Notes under the pieces: model-generated
Databases searched by the model: none
What the model was told of the DNA's origin: nothing
What the model saw: the letters and a program-made list of their open reading frames with translations, nothing else
Assembly (NCBI GenBank): GCA_012295275.1
Contig: CM022671.1
Coordinates: 20,894,001 to 20,958,000, forward strand
DNA: 64,000 bases
From: Chrysomallon squamiferum
Lineage: Eukaryota; Animalia; Mollusca
Direction of reading: 5' to 3'
Part shown: positions 1 through 14,900 of the stretch, piece after piece
How the letters are laid out: each line of letters starts with the position of its first letter
Numbering within the stretch: the first letter of the stretch is position 1
Translations under genes and position numbers: made by a program

Positions 1-85
1 TATCGATCTATCTATGCATCTATATGTCTCTCTGTCTCTGTCTATCTGTACTTGCTTATTTGTCTCTCCTTCACTGTCACTTATT

Positions 86-185
<100 letters not shown>

Positions 186-1777
186 ATCTACATATTTTGT
201 TTTATCCTGTCTAATATTCTCTATATATCTCTATCATATACATGTTATTTTGTTTATGTTGTTGTTGTTGTTAACATTCTCTATTGTTATCTGTTGGTAT
301 TAAAATATATGTTGTTGCTGTTGTTGTTATTGTTGTTAGTATTGTTGTTGCTGTTGTTGTTACTGTTGTTCATTTTATTATTGTTATTATCATTGTTATT
401 GCTAATATTACTATTACTACTGCTATTATTATCGCTGTATACACGATATTTGTTAGAAGCTGCTGTTACTCCTGCTGTTGTTGTTATCCCTGTTACTGTA
501 ACTTGTGCTTTATTTTCAATGTCACTTTAACACATTATAACATCTTCATAAAATAAAGTCACTAATGAAAACTTTAATATAGATTTATTGTACGCAGTAA
601 AATGACAAGGATCTCCCGGGACTTGCTGCAATTAAACACTTGACCGAATGTTGTAAAGCTGTGTACGAATCAAAGGTTCCCTCCACTTAGTTACGGTGAA
701 GCTACGAATTCCCTTGATACTAAGCATAATTGATATAGATCACACACATCGCTGAAGATAAGAAAAACCTTAGTAACCCAAATAGGTTTTCGGGTGTATC
801 TGTTCCAAACCCAAACTAAGAACACAAGTGTTAATATTTATTTGACAACGACCTTCGAGTCTGGTAATATGATGTGTGCATATTTGAAGCAGACATCACT
901 GTTTGATAATGCTAGTAACAGTTGATTTGTTAAACGTAACGGCTAACTGAACATATTGGCAAGCTAAATAGTACAGACGCCACGTTCATCTTGCAATCGT
1001 TTGAAATTAGAACCAGACGATTTATTTCATTGCATATTAATAAGATATATATTTTTATTTATTTTTTTCATTTTAATAGATCAGTGGTTATTTTATGCTC
1101 CAGATATAGTTATTTGTGACCAAGGAAGTGGCAACGTTATTTATTTTTTAGATTATAGTATTTAGACAATTATCGTTGTTTTCAAAGTCAATAATACCGT
1201 GCAAAACGTCTGGGAATATAGGAAATATCCTTCGAGCGAACTGATTATGAATCGATCCCGTTATGCTCCGCTCCTCGGTCGAACAGGTCTGTCTCTGAGT
1301 TTTTTTTTGTAACATCAATTTGCACTGGAGCTAAATGGAAATAATTAAACCGCATTCTCTTTTTTATCAGCACAATTTTTGTTCCCAGCTCACCAGCTGC
1401 GTTCCAGTCCTAATGGCAAAATAACAGAGAAAATTAATGTTCTTTTGGGGTAACAGGAAGCATGGTAATTGTTTGGTTAAAGACACATAATCCCTAAGAT
1501 TAAATGGGAATAACCCCGTTAGTAATGGGGCGTGTAACAAATGGGAGACAATCAGTGGTGCCAATGACTGTCACGTTTATGACACAGGTTCTGTTTCAGG
1601 TGAAGAGATAGCAAGCAGTAATAAAACGATTCGACAGCAGTTTAATCACTTTTAACATAGGAAATGACTGAGTGTTGCATTTATCAGTGATCGATGTTTC
1701 AAACCAGAGAAATACACATTTGTAAAATGACAAATGTATTGGTAATCAAACAGGTTTATTTCTACATTTGATGTCTG

Positions 1778-1846
<69 letters not shown>

Positions 1847-4461
1847 GATGTTGTTGTTGGTGATGGTGTTGGTGGTGTTATTATTATCATCATTATTTAT
1901 TTATTTATTATGTACAGGTATCGTAAACATGAGTTCGTCATACACAAATAAAACCATAATTTATTCATTCATTTGTTTCATCAGACTTCTAAGTTTATTC
2001 CTGTCACCTAACCTCAGTAACTTTTTTCATCTTTTCTTTTCCTTTTCTTTATTTCACTTTTCGACATTTTCCTTTTAAAGGAATTAAAAGAGACATGTGA
2101 ATGTACTAGTGATAAGCATTTCCTTTGCCCTCGATTCTTTTAGAGGAAATAACGGTCCACAAATCAGACTGTTTGGTCTTTAAAGTCGTTCAGTCAAAGC
2201 CGATTACCACGCTACATATACGGAAATAGGTTGATTTGGGGAAATTGGACAACTAACACTCGAGGCAGAAAGTGTCTGAACTCAATAAGGTTGTAGATTG
2301 TGGCGCATCTTGGAAATTTATCAAGACAAATGACTTTTCATTAGGTTTAGAATAACGTCAGCTATGTAGTTTATTGAGAAACCAACGTGAACAATTCCAA
2401 TTTATGAACATGCATAACGTAAGAGAAGGTTGCTTTAAGAGCAATAAAACATTCCGTATCATTCTATCCTTCTCTCTCTCTCTCCTACACTCTCTTTCTT
2501 TCTTCCTGTCTCTTTCTCTCTTTCTCTTTCGCTTTCAGCTTTGCAGCAGCAGCAGCAACAGTACTAGTGGTAACAAAAGTTGTGTTAGTAATGATAATAA
2601 TATCAGTTTAAGCACTAACACTAGTAGAAGTACTAGTGCTAATAGTGTAATAAAAGCAATTATAGTAATGGCAACAGTACCAGTAGCAATTGTAGAAGCA
2701 ACAGTACTAGTAGTAGTAGTAGAAATAGCAGTAGCAATAATAGAAATAGTAATAGTAGTAATAGTAATAGTAGTAATAGTAGTAGTTATTTTTGTAGTAG
2801 TTATTTTTGTAGTAGAAGTAATTCTAACGTAGTTGTAATAGTAGTAAAAGTAATCGTATTAATGCTAATACATTTATAATTATAGTTTTCTTCGGTTCTA
2901 CTTTGTTGGTTAAACGTAATCTAGTTCATATTCAGGCTCTGCTTTTTGTCCAAATGAAAGCCGCAAGGAACTGATCAAACCAAGTAGCCGAAGATAGGGC
3001 AAAGAAATGAAAAAGCAATCAAGAGACACTTTATTGCATAACTCGAAATACTGCAAGAGGACCCACAGCTATGTCGACAATATGGAAAAAAATAAATTCA
3101 TTGCTTTTCCAAGCAATTATGAATCGTTCTTCTAGTTCAATTAGAAAATGACGAAGACATTTTTGTCAAATTCCCTGAAGGCACTTCGCAGTACCTGTTG
3201 AAATTGAAAACGTGTGAATTAATTAAAGATATTCATGGTTAGTGGGATTTTTTTGTTTTTTTGAATTAATAACAAAAAAAAATAATAATAATAATAAATT
3301 AATAAAGCGGAAATATCGCGTAGGGGTGGGATATGGCGTCATTTAATGAAATTTTGTAATAACAAAAGAAAAATTGTTTTTAAAGAAATGATGTAATTGT
3401 TATAAAGATAAAAAGATTATTAGTCTGGTCACGTTATCAACCTGAAATGAGAAATTTAGATAGTTGTATTTTCATCTGAGATAGATTGACATAATTATTT
3501 GTCTGTGATATAAAATAAAAAAATAAATAAATAAAAAAACGTTCCAGTTTATATTTATATTTATCTTGTCATATTAGAATAAAACAACAGTTTATTCTAT
3601 TTATTTTTTTTTTTTTTCAATTCAGTACATTTTAAACGTTATTTTCTAAACTTTTTTCTTCAATTTGTTTTCTTAGGATCAGTATAATTACGTCTATAAG
3701 AATATACCGTTTTGTAACTGCTAACTCCAGCCATCATATAACCCTAAGCCAAATAATTTCACGTCAAGTGATTCTCAAAATCTTCTTCTTTTCCAAGAGA
3801 TATCTGTAACAGAAATTTAAGGCAAGTTATTAATGGTCGCTTAAAGAAAAATCAAAATAAATATTATAGCCTTCAGTCGACTATTAATTGTCCTTTAACT
3901 GACTATTTGCAAAAAAAAAAAAAAAAACCAACCCAAACAAGACAGAACCTAATCTTTCCCATGTTAGTATATGTTCGATTTCATTACGCAGTTGTTGTCG
4001 TTGTTGTTTTTTGTGGATCGTGTAACTAGCTATATTAAAGAACAAGATTCTATTTCAATTTGTTGCTGCGGTAGTTTATTTATATATTTATTTTTTTACC
4101 TTGTTTTCCTTTTTTTCTTACAAAGTAGTTGTCTTCTTTCGCAGTGACGTGGATTGAATTTACCCTATCAATTTCTGATTCAGTAATCCACTAAGATTGA
4201 AGACGAATGAAAAACAGATAAAAGAAATAAATTTACACGTTCAGTATGTCAGTCGCATTGTTTATGTTTTCTCTTGCTTAAGATGATGATTCAGATTTTA
4301 GGCTTCATGATGCTGTCCTACGTTGTTTCACTCTAATACGAAGAACTGGCCATTTGAAGATTTCAGTTGGTGCATTTTAGATCGAAAACACGTTTAACAG
4401 TATCACAACAAATTTTATTACTGAATATCATTAGGGATCTCAAGACACGAGAGATGAAATA

Positions 4462-4558
4462 CGCTTTTATCATTAGCTAAAAGGGATTGTTTATATGCAC
4501 TTTCCTATAGACAGAGCAGCACTTACCACTAACACTGATAAAGCCAAATGGATACTTG
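4462..4558 (-). mobile_element. Degraded Meta-SINE-like core fragment
   Basis: CATTAGC..AAGGGATTGTTTATATGCACTTTCCTATAGACAGAGCAGCACTTACCAC matches the reverse orientation of the same core. Confidence 0.5.
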
Positions 4559-7500
4559 ATAAGGAGTGTTTGTAAGACCAGTCCATAACAAACAGTTAAT
4601 TTTGTGGTGATCTGAAGCTAAACTTTTATGCACTGAGTCGCAGATAAGATCATCACAACGTGTCTTTGCAATATTTAAATAATTGTATCACAAGCCAGCT
4701 TAACAGCATAAATTCAGAATAGATGTGTTTTGAATAAAATATTGTCAATCTTAAGGAATCAGAGATCGCGTCTGGATGAAACTGTAATTACAAAGTTTAA
4801 TTCTGTACAAAATCATCGAATGAATGCGTCAGTTTAGAAATCTAGCATACTTATCTGTTAGAAAACCATAAATAAATTATGTTGCAATAAATATTATTAT
4901 TGCTGAAATTATAACTAAACAATGTTCTAAAAATACATGTCACCAGCCAAGAAGGAGTAAATATTAAAACCATCTTCAGTTCTTTTCAAATCTATTATTA
5001 TTTTTAATATGTCACTGAAATATGTTTTTAAAATACATCAGTACAACAAAATGGATGCTGTCTGCATCCGCGGAGAACACTTTTTGGCAATAAAATATCA
5101 TTTCAAAATTCTATCCACTTAACTCCAACAAAAAAGAGAATTGCCGGTGTCTTGGAGAAAAAACCTTTACGATTTTCATTGCAGATTTAAAGGATTATAA
5201 TTATTTTGTTTGCTAGCGTTAACACTTCATTTTTTTTTTCCTAACATATAAATAGAGGTCATTTTCATTTAGGTTTCGTAAAGAACAATTGCAAAAAATT
5301 GTTAGAAAACCCAGAGGCTTCAAAAGTATTACACACAAAAGTTAATCTCTAATTTGCGGGTCTCCATTATGTCTAAATATTAAAAAAATGGTGCCAGGAG
5401 CTCGATTAGTTAACTCCTGCCTCAATGGCCAAGCGAACAAATCATGGCCAATGAGATTTTCTGTCACATCGTGGTGAACATTTGATAAATGACTCCAATG
5501 AAAAATATAAAAAAATGTATAAGGTAATCTTAAGATAACAATAAACTGATTATTTGAAGAAAAAAAAAATAAATGAAAAAAGAAGCTCTTCTACAAAATA
5601 ACAGAATTTATTTCTAAATGCTGTACACGATAAAGATCGACACAGCGATCCACAGTTCGCTGCTTGAAGCCAAAGTATTTTTAACTACGGCAAATGATTT
5701 AAAAGAATATTAATGTAATCTCTTGACATGATATTTTTTTCATACGTCATAAATGCCCGTCAGCACAATACGTAACACAACATTTACAAGAGATACCTAA
5801 ACTGCCTTATTCAATCTTCAAAGAATACTGTTTGTTGATGCTTCATACTGCGTGGAATATCATGTTATTTTCAAATATTTCAAACGTTCTGAAAATTCAC
5901 TTTTTTTAATTCCTTGAAGCCATGGAAGCAGATGAAAGAGACTGAACATGTCGCGACTTTTCTTAGCGCTCTTATTAAACATAACAATTTAATCTCTGTT
6001 TTTGAGCAACAATGAGAAAACAAAATATGTCAGATAAAATTGTCATTTCCCTAATTGCTAAGGTTTGAATTAGATTATAAAATCGAAAAATAAAAAGCAA
6101 ACGAAAACAAATCTTTTTTGTTAGACTTGATTCTATTTGATCTATATTAGAGAAAGACATCAGAAATAATCCACAGTGTCAGCTGACTCTCGCAGTATCA
6201 ATAAGATCTCATGAAGTCACAGAACTTTTTCACCACCCACTTGGGATTGTGATTTCGTCTAAGATTTAAATAATGCAGACAACAAAAAAAAAAAAAAAAA
6301 TAAGTAATGTGTAACATCGTGTCTGTGAACATAATTTCATATTAGCGATGTAAGCAAAGCTTTCCACTAACTAACTGTACAAATGTACAAGTAACGATAT
6401 AAAGATGGAACCCCAAAAAATCTTTTGCCGCCAAATACGAATGTAAATGAATTATGTGAACGGGCTTTTTACTCCGTGTTCGATCCAGCGTGACAGGGAA
6501 AACAACGAGAACAAATCGGGTCCCTATCTGTGTAACATCAATGTCAATTAGCATAAAAAGGTCATAGCAAGGATGTCTTATCCGAAGACCTGTCTGTGTC
6601 ATTCGGTTATATATTTGATCTGTGTTTTGTCAAACCAAAGTTTCTTCTTTCTGCGTCCGTCTCATACACACGTTTGGCAATGACATTTTCTCTGAGCCAC
6701 GGCTTAAGACATGAAATGGTATATCAGACATCATTAGAAGTGAGATTAGAGATGTTTGGACACTAAATGAAAATGCATTTCTCTTGATGGAACAAAAACC
6801 CTGTCATATTTTGTTTGTTATAGGTTGTTGTTTTTTAGGGGTTTTTCTAATCTCTTTCTTCTTTCTTTTAAAGAATGTGTAAATCAATTATAAAATGTAT
6901 AACCGCTACACATTTCTTCACTGTTTATTAGTATTATTATCTGATTGGAACAGATATTCGATAGTTATAGACATATCAACTTTCTTTGAACAATTCTCTT
7001 TACATATATTTTCACTGATCTGATACCTATACTGTGGAAATCCAATACTTCCTGTGAACACAAAGTAATTGAAAAGGATTTAATTTCTTTTCTCAGTTCA
7101 TTATACCTGCCTCACAAAGTGTACAATTTGTTGGTAAGTATGTTGCTGTTGTTGTTGTAGTTTTTAAACAAACTTCAGTTTTAGTTTGCTCACGCGACCA
7201 GTCTTAGCAATTAATAAAAAATGATATTAATAACGTGTTGTTTCTTATCCAGTCCCTAAGGAAAGTGTTTTTTTTATATGTTCTGTATCGAGTGACATTA
7301 GAATAAACTGACTATACATTTCCACATACATATATACATATATATGTGTGTGTGTGTGTGTGTTTGTGTACATACATATATATAAATATATACAAACATA
7401 TGCACAGTCATAGCATGCACGAACATACGTGCACATATCCACATACAGAGCAACATTACGTCTGTATAAGCAGTTACAATTAATTTTGTGTTTGTGTTTA

Positions 7501-7659
7501 AATATCTCCACAGAGTAATGAAATTTGATGCAGATGAATGTGCAATGTATTCTATCTACAAAATTTGATTTACTACTCAACATCTGTAGTAGAAGTAATT
7601 CTAACACAGTTATAATAGTAGTAAAAATATGAATTTAGATGTATTATACAAAAAACACT

Positions 7660-7756
<97 letters not shown>

Positions 7757-8181
7757 GTTTTCTATCTTTTTCGTGTAACTAATTAATTACTAGTTGACAT
7801 TACAGTGATGAAACGATACCGCACTGGCAAAGAGATGTTGCTTAACTCACGGAAAAATAGCCTTTATACACTAAAAGGAAATTGTACTAACATATTAATG
7901 ATGCACACTGTTTCAAATTACTTTTATATTAACGGGACACTAAATGAACAGTTAAATATTTAATAATTTAAGTGCCTCCAGCTTGAGCAAGAACGTTTGT
8001 TCCGCGACATTGTTATTTAACAAGCGTCCTGTAATCAGTGATTGTTAGGTATTAGCGATATCATTAGCATGACACTGGTATAAATTTCTTTCTAAATCAC
8101 CGAGTTGAGATGATCCACGGGTTAAGTAAATGAAAATATTGAATATTAGAAACAGAAAATTAATATTAAATACCAATTGCA

Positions 8182-8222
<41 letters not shown>

Positions 8223-8559
8223 GTGTTTGTAAATTAAAACCGAATAAACAATAGTTCACTGTTCTAGTGGAACCAGTATGTGTCATCTTTTTTTTTTTCA
8301 TATTCAGCAAAATTTCAAAACATATCAACATCTGATATCTTCAGTGCATCTTGTTTTGAAGTTTAAACAATGTCTAGAATTTGAAGTTTAAACAAGTCTG
8401 TCGGAGCTAACTGTCATGTTGAATTAATAATATATTCATTTGCTTCACTTCAAAGGTATACTTAAAATTATGTTTTTGCCAGTTGTGCACATCATTTTCA
8501 TCTATCCTCTCTACTATTCATTTATACGCCCACCCATGAACACACGCACACACACATAT

Positions 8560-8628
8560 ATACATACATACATACATACATACATACATACATACATACA
8601 TACATACATACATACATACATACATACA

Positions 8629-8656
<28 letters not shown>
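8560..8656. repeat. (TACA)n microsatellite
   Basis: Direct. Confidence 0.95.
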
Positions 8657-8659
<3 letters not shown>

Positions 8660-9044
8660 GTGCGGAAAAACACTGTGCCTGAAAAAAATATTGAAACACT
8701 GTATGAACTGTAATAAAAATGAAAATTTAAATATCCGTAATCCGAAACTTTAAAAGCTTTCAAGTAGCAGAACAAATCTAGCAGTCAGTCGACACTGCTG
8801 TGTACAAATAAACAGTCGTAAGTGCAGTTCACTCCTTTATGAACACAAATAAGACAAACTAAACTGATTAATTTAAAAATGAACTTTCATAGAAATGTAT
8901 TTAGACACATACTGCTGTTTCCTCAAATACATATAATTACTGGAATCTTCAGGAATTTCATTTATTTTCTGAAATTGTCAAGAATTATACACCTTTCCTC
9001 GTAATATATATTTCCTGTAACGCGTGTGAAAATATATTATTTGT

Positions 9045-9100
<56 letters not shown>

Positions 9101-9559
9101 CACACAGACACTTAAACACATACACCCAGGCACACACACACACATACACACACACACTCAACCACACACATACGTGTCACATCACAAACAAATATAAATA
9201 TTTATTCTGTATAAAAGCAAGCAAGTACCAATCCCACCAAAGCCACTGCATCTTGGAAACATCTGATCTAGCATCATCGACGTCAACCTCAAGCACACAC
9301 ACAATAATAAGCCAGACACTTTTTGAAGGAAAAAATAGAAGAGAGAAATCATACAAAAAACAAGAAAAGGACTTCGTATTTTTTTTTTTTTTTTTTTTTT
9401 TTTCCTCAGCCGTTCCATCGTTGGCCGTAGACAATAGTTCTACGTGTGTGTCATTCACTGCTCATTAACAACGGCAGAGCCCTCCCCTGTGATAAATGGT
9501 TGGACCTATCACACGGCGACAAAACTATGAGTTGTGTTCTTCAACCATTAAAACTACCG

Positions 9560-9630
9560 ATGCATAATTAAGTCGACGCTTGCCCACGTTATCACGTGGA
9601 ATCGCGGCAACGGACAGGTGGATATAAAAG
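9560..9630 (+). promoter_or_regulatory. Candidate core promoter of the PXFVamide precursor gene
   Basis: TATAAAAG at 9623-9630, preceded by E-boxes CACGTG (9593-9598) and CAGGTG (9615-9620) and a POU4-like ATGCATAATTA (9560-9570) in a locally CpG-rich patch. A consensus splice donor follows ~125 bp downstream. Linkage to the neuropeptide gene is inferred. Confidence 0.5.
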
Positions 9631-9652
9631 GTTGGCTAGGTCACACATCTCT

Positions 9653-9754
9653 TTGCAAAGCAAATTCTGGGAGATAGAAGGAACTATTTTTTTTTCCAAA
9701 ATAACACCAAAGCTTTCTCCAAGTTCGTTATCAGGCGCTACCTTGAGTTAAAAA
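9653..9754 (+). other. Candidate non-coding first exon (5' UTR)
   Basis: Begins ~30 bp after the TATA box (start approximate), contains no ATG and ends at AAAA|GTGAGT (donor 9755-9760). The signal-peptide exon at 43359 starts with an acceptor, so an upstream UTR exon is required. Confidence 0.45.
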
Positions 9755-9762
9755 GTGAGTGC

Positions 9763-9798
<36 letters not shown>

Positions 9799-11886
9799 TC
9801 TTTTTGTTTTATTTTATTTTATTTTATTTTATTTTAATTTTTTGGGTAACTGTATTTGTTTTTAGTAAATTAATTATGTTACGTATTTTACGACATCATT
9901 AATACCACTGTTTGCTTGTGCACATTGTATATGCTTAACCAAAATACCTTTAATAACTGCAATGTCCTTTCGAATTCTAAACTTTCATATAAAACATGTG
10001 CAGATTTAGGAGAACGGAAGTTTGAGAATGAAAAAAAAAAAATCCGTTATAATCAGTTCATTTCAACGAATGGTTCATTCATTCATACATTTTCTTTTTC
10101 CATAAATACCAAAACAGTGTGTGCTTATTTGTAATCTTCTGTCACCAAGTAAACGATACTTTGAAAATGATTCTTAACTCGGCCAATTTTGCTTCCCGTG
10201 CTTATTTTTAACATTATAATTATTTTCATGTTCAATTCGGTACCGCTTAATTTGGCTTAATAATAACGCGAGTAAGAAATACGTAAACTATAGTCAGCAT
10301 TTATTATCTCCAGTCAGACTGTAATAACAGTGCCTGGAGAATTAGGAGTCGTAACGGAAACGTCCATTTGTTATGTAATTAAAATCTTTTATTACTGAAT
10401 CAGCCACCCAGCGGTCTTTATTATTAGTGATAAGTTTTATTAATGGCAACGAAGAATCAGGTACCCAACAATGTTTATTTTTAGTTGGTGTGTTTTATCA
10501 GTAACGCTGAAGCACTTATTTTCAGTTTATTTCAGTTCTAACAATCTTGTGCAGTAATGTAAAGGGAAAAAGCACCTAGCACAATATTTTGAGTGGATTT
10601 TTTTTATTTTTTTTATTTTTTTATTTTCTGTCTGTCCGCTACGCCTGTATCACGTTTATGTCACCCAGTATTAATTAGTATTAGAGACTGTGTTTTATTG
10701 TTAACATTGAACTGTTAGTATAATAATCTAACTGAAAATGTATCTCAGTACAATATGTTGTTGTTGTTTTGTAATATTAATGGTAGTGGTCAATACGGTA
10801 CATTTAAAATAAAAGCAAAGATATCCCCAACAATACTTATTGGCAGTGGTCATTCCGGTACATAATATAACCTTCATATTTGATTGTTATTATGTTTAAA
10901 TGGAAATGTCAGCCATTTTAAATATAAGTACTGGCATTGGTTTTTCATCGACATCTGCATTATTAATTATTACGTTTCGTAATTAGCAGCTTTTAGTTTA
11001 GAATAACAGAAAAGTCACTCATAACTATGTTATATTAATACTTAGATTTAATCATCGACAGTCATCGGCAGTCATCGGAAAGACGCTGTGTATATTATTA
11101 CGTTTTATCATTTTGGTGTAGTAACATAACAGTACGTATCACTGCTAATTATATTTCATTATCGGCGGTGGTCAAACCTAGTACATTACAGTAACGACTA
11201 AAGTAACCCGAACAATATGTATTATTTACTAATCACGTTTGGTCGGGTGACTTCCTGATAATGTTCAGTTCGATGCAATAACGTAACAAAAATATCACCA
11301 AGTAGTGATCAGTTCTATACCTTAATAAAAAAAAAAAAAAAAATTATATAAATTATTTTGATCTCTCCAGTCTTTTATTTTAATATGTTTGCGAAAAAAA
11401 AAAATATAAAAATAAAAATAAATGAAGTGAGTACTGAAGCACTAAAGAATAAAATAAAGTTTGACTTATTATAAAAGAACTGAACGATACTTGTATATCA
11501 TTACTATTTCTCGACGACCTTCTTAAAAACATACGTACTTGAAAGATTATAATGGTTAATGAATTTAGCGTACTCTGCTCTGTGTAATGGAAGTAACCGC
11601 TAAACCATCGTCGCAGAGTCTGTGAAAGAACTAATCACTGCGATATTCTTTGTCGGTTCTTACAATCGAAACTAATTCCACAATACTCTGTCAGTCGATA
11701 AAAATAATACAGCGAGAAACTCGATTCAGTGACTTAGCATGTAATAAAGTACACACACTGACTTTTTATTGTTAATTACATTTTTAGTTTTTTTTTAAAG
11801 TTAAGAATAGCTGTACGTCTGTCGTTAGAACTTAATACTAAGGAATAATAAATGACACTAAGAGACATTCCTTAGCAGGTGATTTT

Positions 11887-11990
11887 CCGTTCCAGCCATC
11901 AATCCACGACTTATTTATCAAAGTATATAGGTCTTCCTGTCATTGGAAAATGCATATACAAGTGTTCTTACTGCTAGTTAAAAATGAATA
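11887..11990 (+). mobile_element. Degraded Meta-SINE-like core fragment
   Basis: CCGTTCCAGCCA..TCCACGAC..TCAAAG..TCCTGTC..GGAAAATGCATATA..CTTACTGCTA resembles the Meta-domain core of molluscan SINEs as I recall it; it is the reverse complement of the similar segments at ~4460 and ~63070. Confidence 0.5.
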
Positions 11991-14900
11991 ACTAATGACC
12001 AATTATTCAACGATGTATATTATTAATTGATACAGTTTATTACTGGTAGAGAAAAATCAGCTATCCAATAGTGTTTATTTATAGTTGATACGTTTCATTA
12101 TTTGCAACGAAGAATCAAATGCAATGAGCGGTGTACTGTTAAAACAAATAATTATTCTTTACATCTGAGTTCGATTTCGGTGACTTGATGTAATAGGTTA
12201 TTCGAAACCACAAGCTGTAGTTTATGTCTCGCAAAACTGAACAAGGCTGAGTCAGCGCACTGTGGTTATTGAGAACTGACAAGAGATATGTGAATAAGGG
12301 CGCTGTAACGCTTTGTACCAGAAAAGAAGATGGTTTAATGGTACTTATGTCTCTCTAGACTGACCAAGACTGAACCGTGAATGAAGTACTGTCAACCAGA
12401 AAGAGATATTCTTACTTCTATTACGGCGAGTGCGATCGTTCTTCTCTACATCATTAAATGACGCAACATGTGACTGAAATTCCAAGATCAATGACTGTGG
12501 CTAATGACAGGTAGTTAGAAATAATTATACTGCCACACACGATTAGAATTAACTGGACTTTCTTTGCTTGAGCATCCTAATGACGGAATGCTTCACGATG
12601 TAAATACGTTTCAATTAAACCTTTTTGATAAATAACTACTCGGAAATAAACTAAAGGAATGATTTTGTACAAAAATGTGTTGGGTTTTTTTCCTTCTTTT
12701 ATTTCTTTTAATAAAACTTAATATCGTTTTGATAACTAATATCAGTAATGCAGATTTCCTAACTGCAGCAATATTAAAGAATTTTTTTTTTTTGTAATTA
12801 TACTTTAAACCTTAAAACGGGAAATATGATGAAGTAATTTTATTTTATATGGTCACGCAGCAAACATTAACATTAAAGAAAATTTATTTTATTATATTAT
12901 TTAAATTTTCTTTATTTTATTTTTACCTGTATATAATTATATAACTGTGTATAAACTTGTCTCCATTGTATGTAAAGTAAAATATGTTAATGTATAACAC
13001 AGGTTATTATTTTGATGCCCAGAAGTTAATTATTTATAATATATATGTTTTATGATAACAACAATTTCGTGATCGCTTGGAAAAACTCACTCTCTCTCTC
13101 TCTCTGTATGTGTATGTGTGTGTATGTGTGTGTATATATGTATGCATGTATGTATGTATGTATGCATGTATATGTATATGTATATGTATATGCATATGTA
13201 TATGTATATGTATATGTATTTGTATGTATATGTATATTCATACATATATATTTGGCATTTTCTTCGTATGTGTTTCTATTGTTCTATCTCTATAACTCCT
13301 AGTCTCCATTTCTTTTTCTCTCTCTCTTATATCTTCTTCTTTTCTTTTTTTTTTTTCTTTTTTTCTCGATGTCATTGCACTGCATACTGCAGATATTTTA
13401 AGTTACAAATAAGCAGCGAAGTTGAGTACATCAATATTAAAACGGGGGCGGATTTTTTTCTTTTTCTTTCAAAAGTTGAAATCTGAAACCTTTGTTTAGC
13501 GCTTCATGCAGTGTCATTTTGAATATGTTTCTTCCCGTTCTTGTTTCCTACACAATTAGACACATATGCCCACAAATAGATTTTGGGAAAATATTTGTAT
13601 CTGTAGGCGTTTAATGGTCGAAACCTTTTAGCCTATCCCGAGTTAGCTGAATGACTTTACTGACGTCATTGCTTATCTATCGATGACTTGGCATCAGATA
13701 ACAATTAGCTGTGGATGTTGACTCTCCTTCCAGAAGGAGATTACTGCAAGATTTGAAATTTTACTTCTTAAGTAAGGTTTGAATCGTAAATGACTGCGAG
13801 TCAGATACGAACTACAGCGATATCTGCAACGTGCTTTTAGTTTAGATTTCTTTTTTACACAAATGATGGGTCAAAGAATTAGAATGTTATTATTTAAATA
13901 AAGAAGAAGAAAAAGAATACCGTTAAGAAAGGAAATAAATTTTATTACAGTCTTGTATTTATTAGGAAATAAAACGTACAGACAGAAATTACAAAGTACA
14001 GTTGTCTTTTCCTTCTTTTTTTTAAAATTTTTTTTATGGTTGTTGTTGAAAGCAAAACTCAAGAAAATAACCTATTACATTTTGAAGATTTTTGTTTTCC
14101 ACTTTAAGATATTTTTAGAAGACCCTAACACGCATTCAATACAAATCGTGCCTTACAACAACTGACCGTGATTAAGATGATATCCAATTCTGACCACAAT
14201 CGACGTCTTCGTTTGGCGATGTCATTGTTGTGCCTAATGTGAAAACCGGAGGTTTACAAAGCTGATGGGTCACCATGTCTCATCGCACGGATTAATGAAC
14301 CGAAAAGCGTAATTACTGACAATACCTTTGAGATCTATTAAAAATATTTCTGATATTCCCTTGAACCAGATGGCTAATGGTCATTTCTGTCTTAAATCCG
14401 TGTATCCCTGTGACAGCTATAAAGCAAAAGCTAATGGCCAATTTATTCTCCTAAGTGTGGCACAATAATAAGATATTACACACAGACACACAGATTTCTG
14501 CAGTATGTGTTAATTCCTCAAGGACAAAAATAATAGTTTTGAAATGACACATTACATATTACCTGAAACATTCATACACGCAGTACATACAAACTTTCAT
14601 TATTATACACACATATGCAGCAGCAGTTTCACTCAAATAATCAGTCACGGAGCCATTTTATTTTAGATGTCAGTAAAATTAACTTAACTCCAAAACTGGT
14701 CGATTGTCAAAAGCAATTGCAAAAACTATTTCTCAATTTGAACCACACTCGCTTTTTAGCTGCACTGATAAATTAACTGTAAAACGAATAATTGTGGCTT
14801 GCAAGCTGATTGCCTGTAAGAGATTGCAAAACTCGGCTACATTGCTAAGTAATATGTAATAACACGCCTTCGACAAAAGTATTGCGTGGTCCTGTTAATA

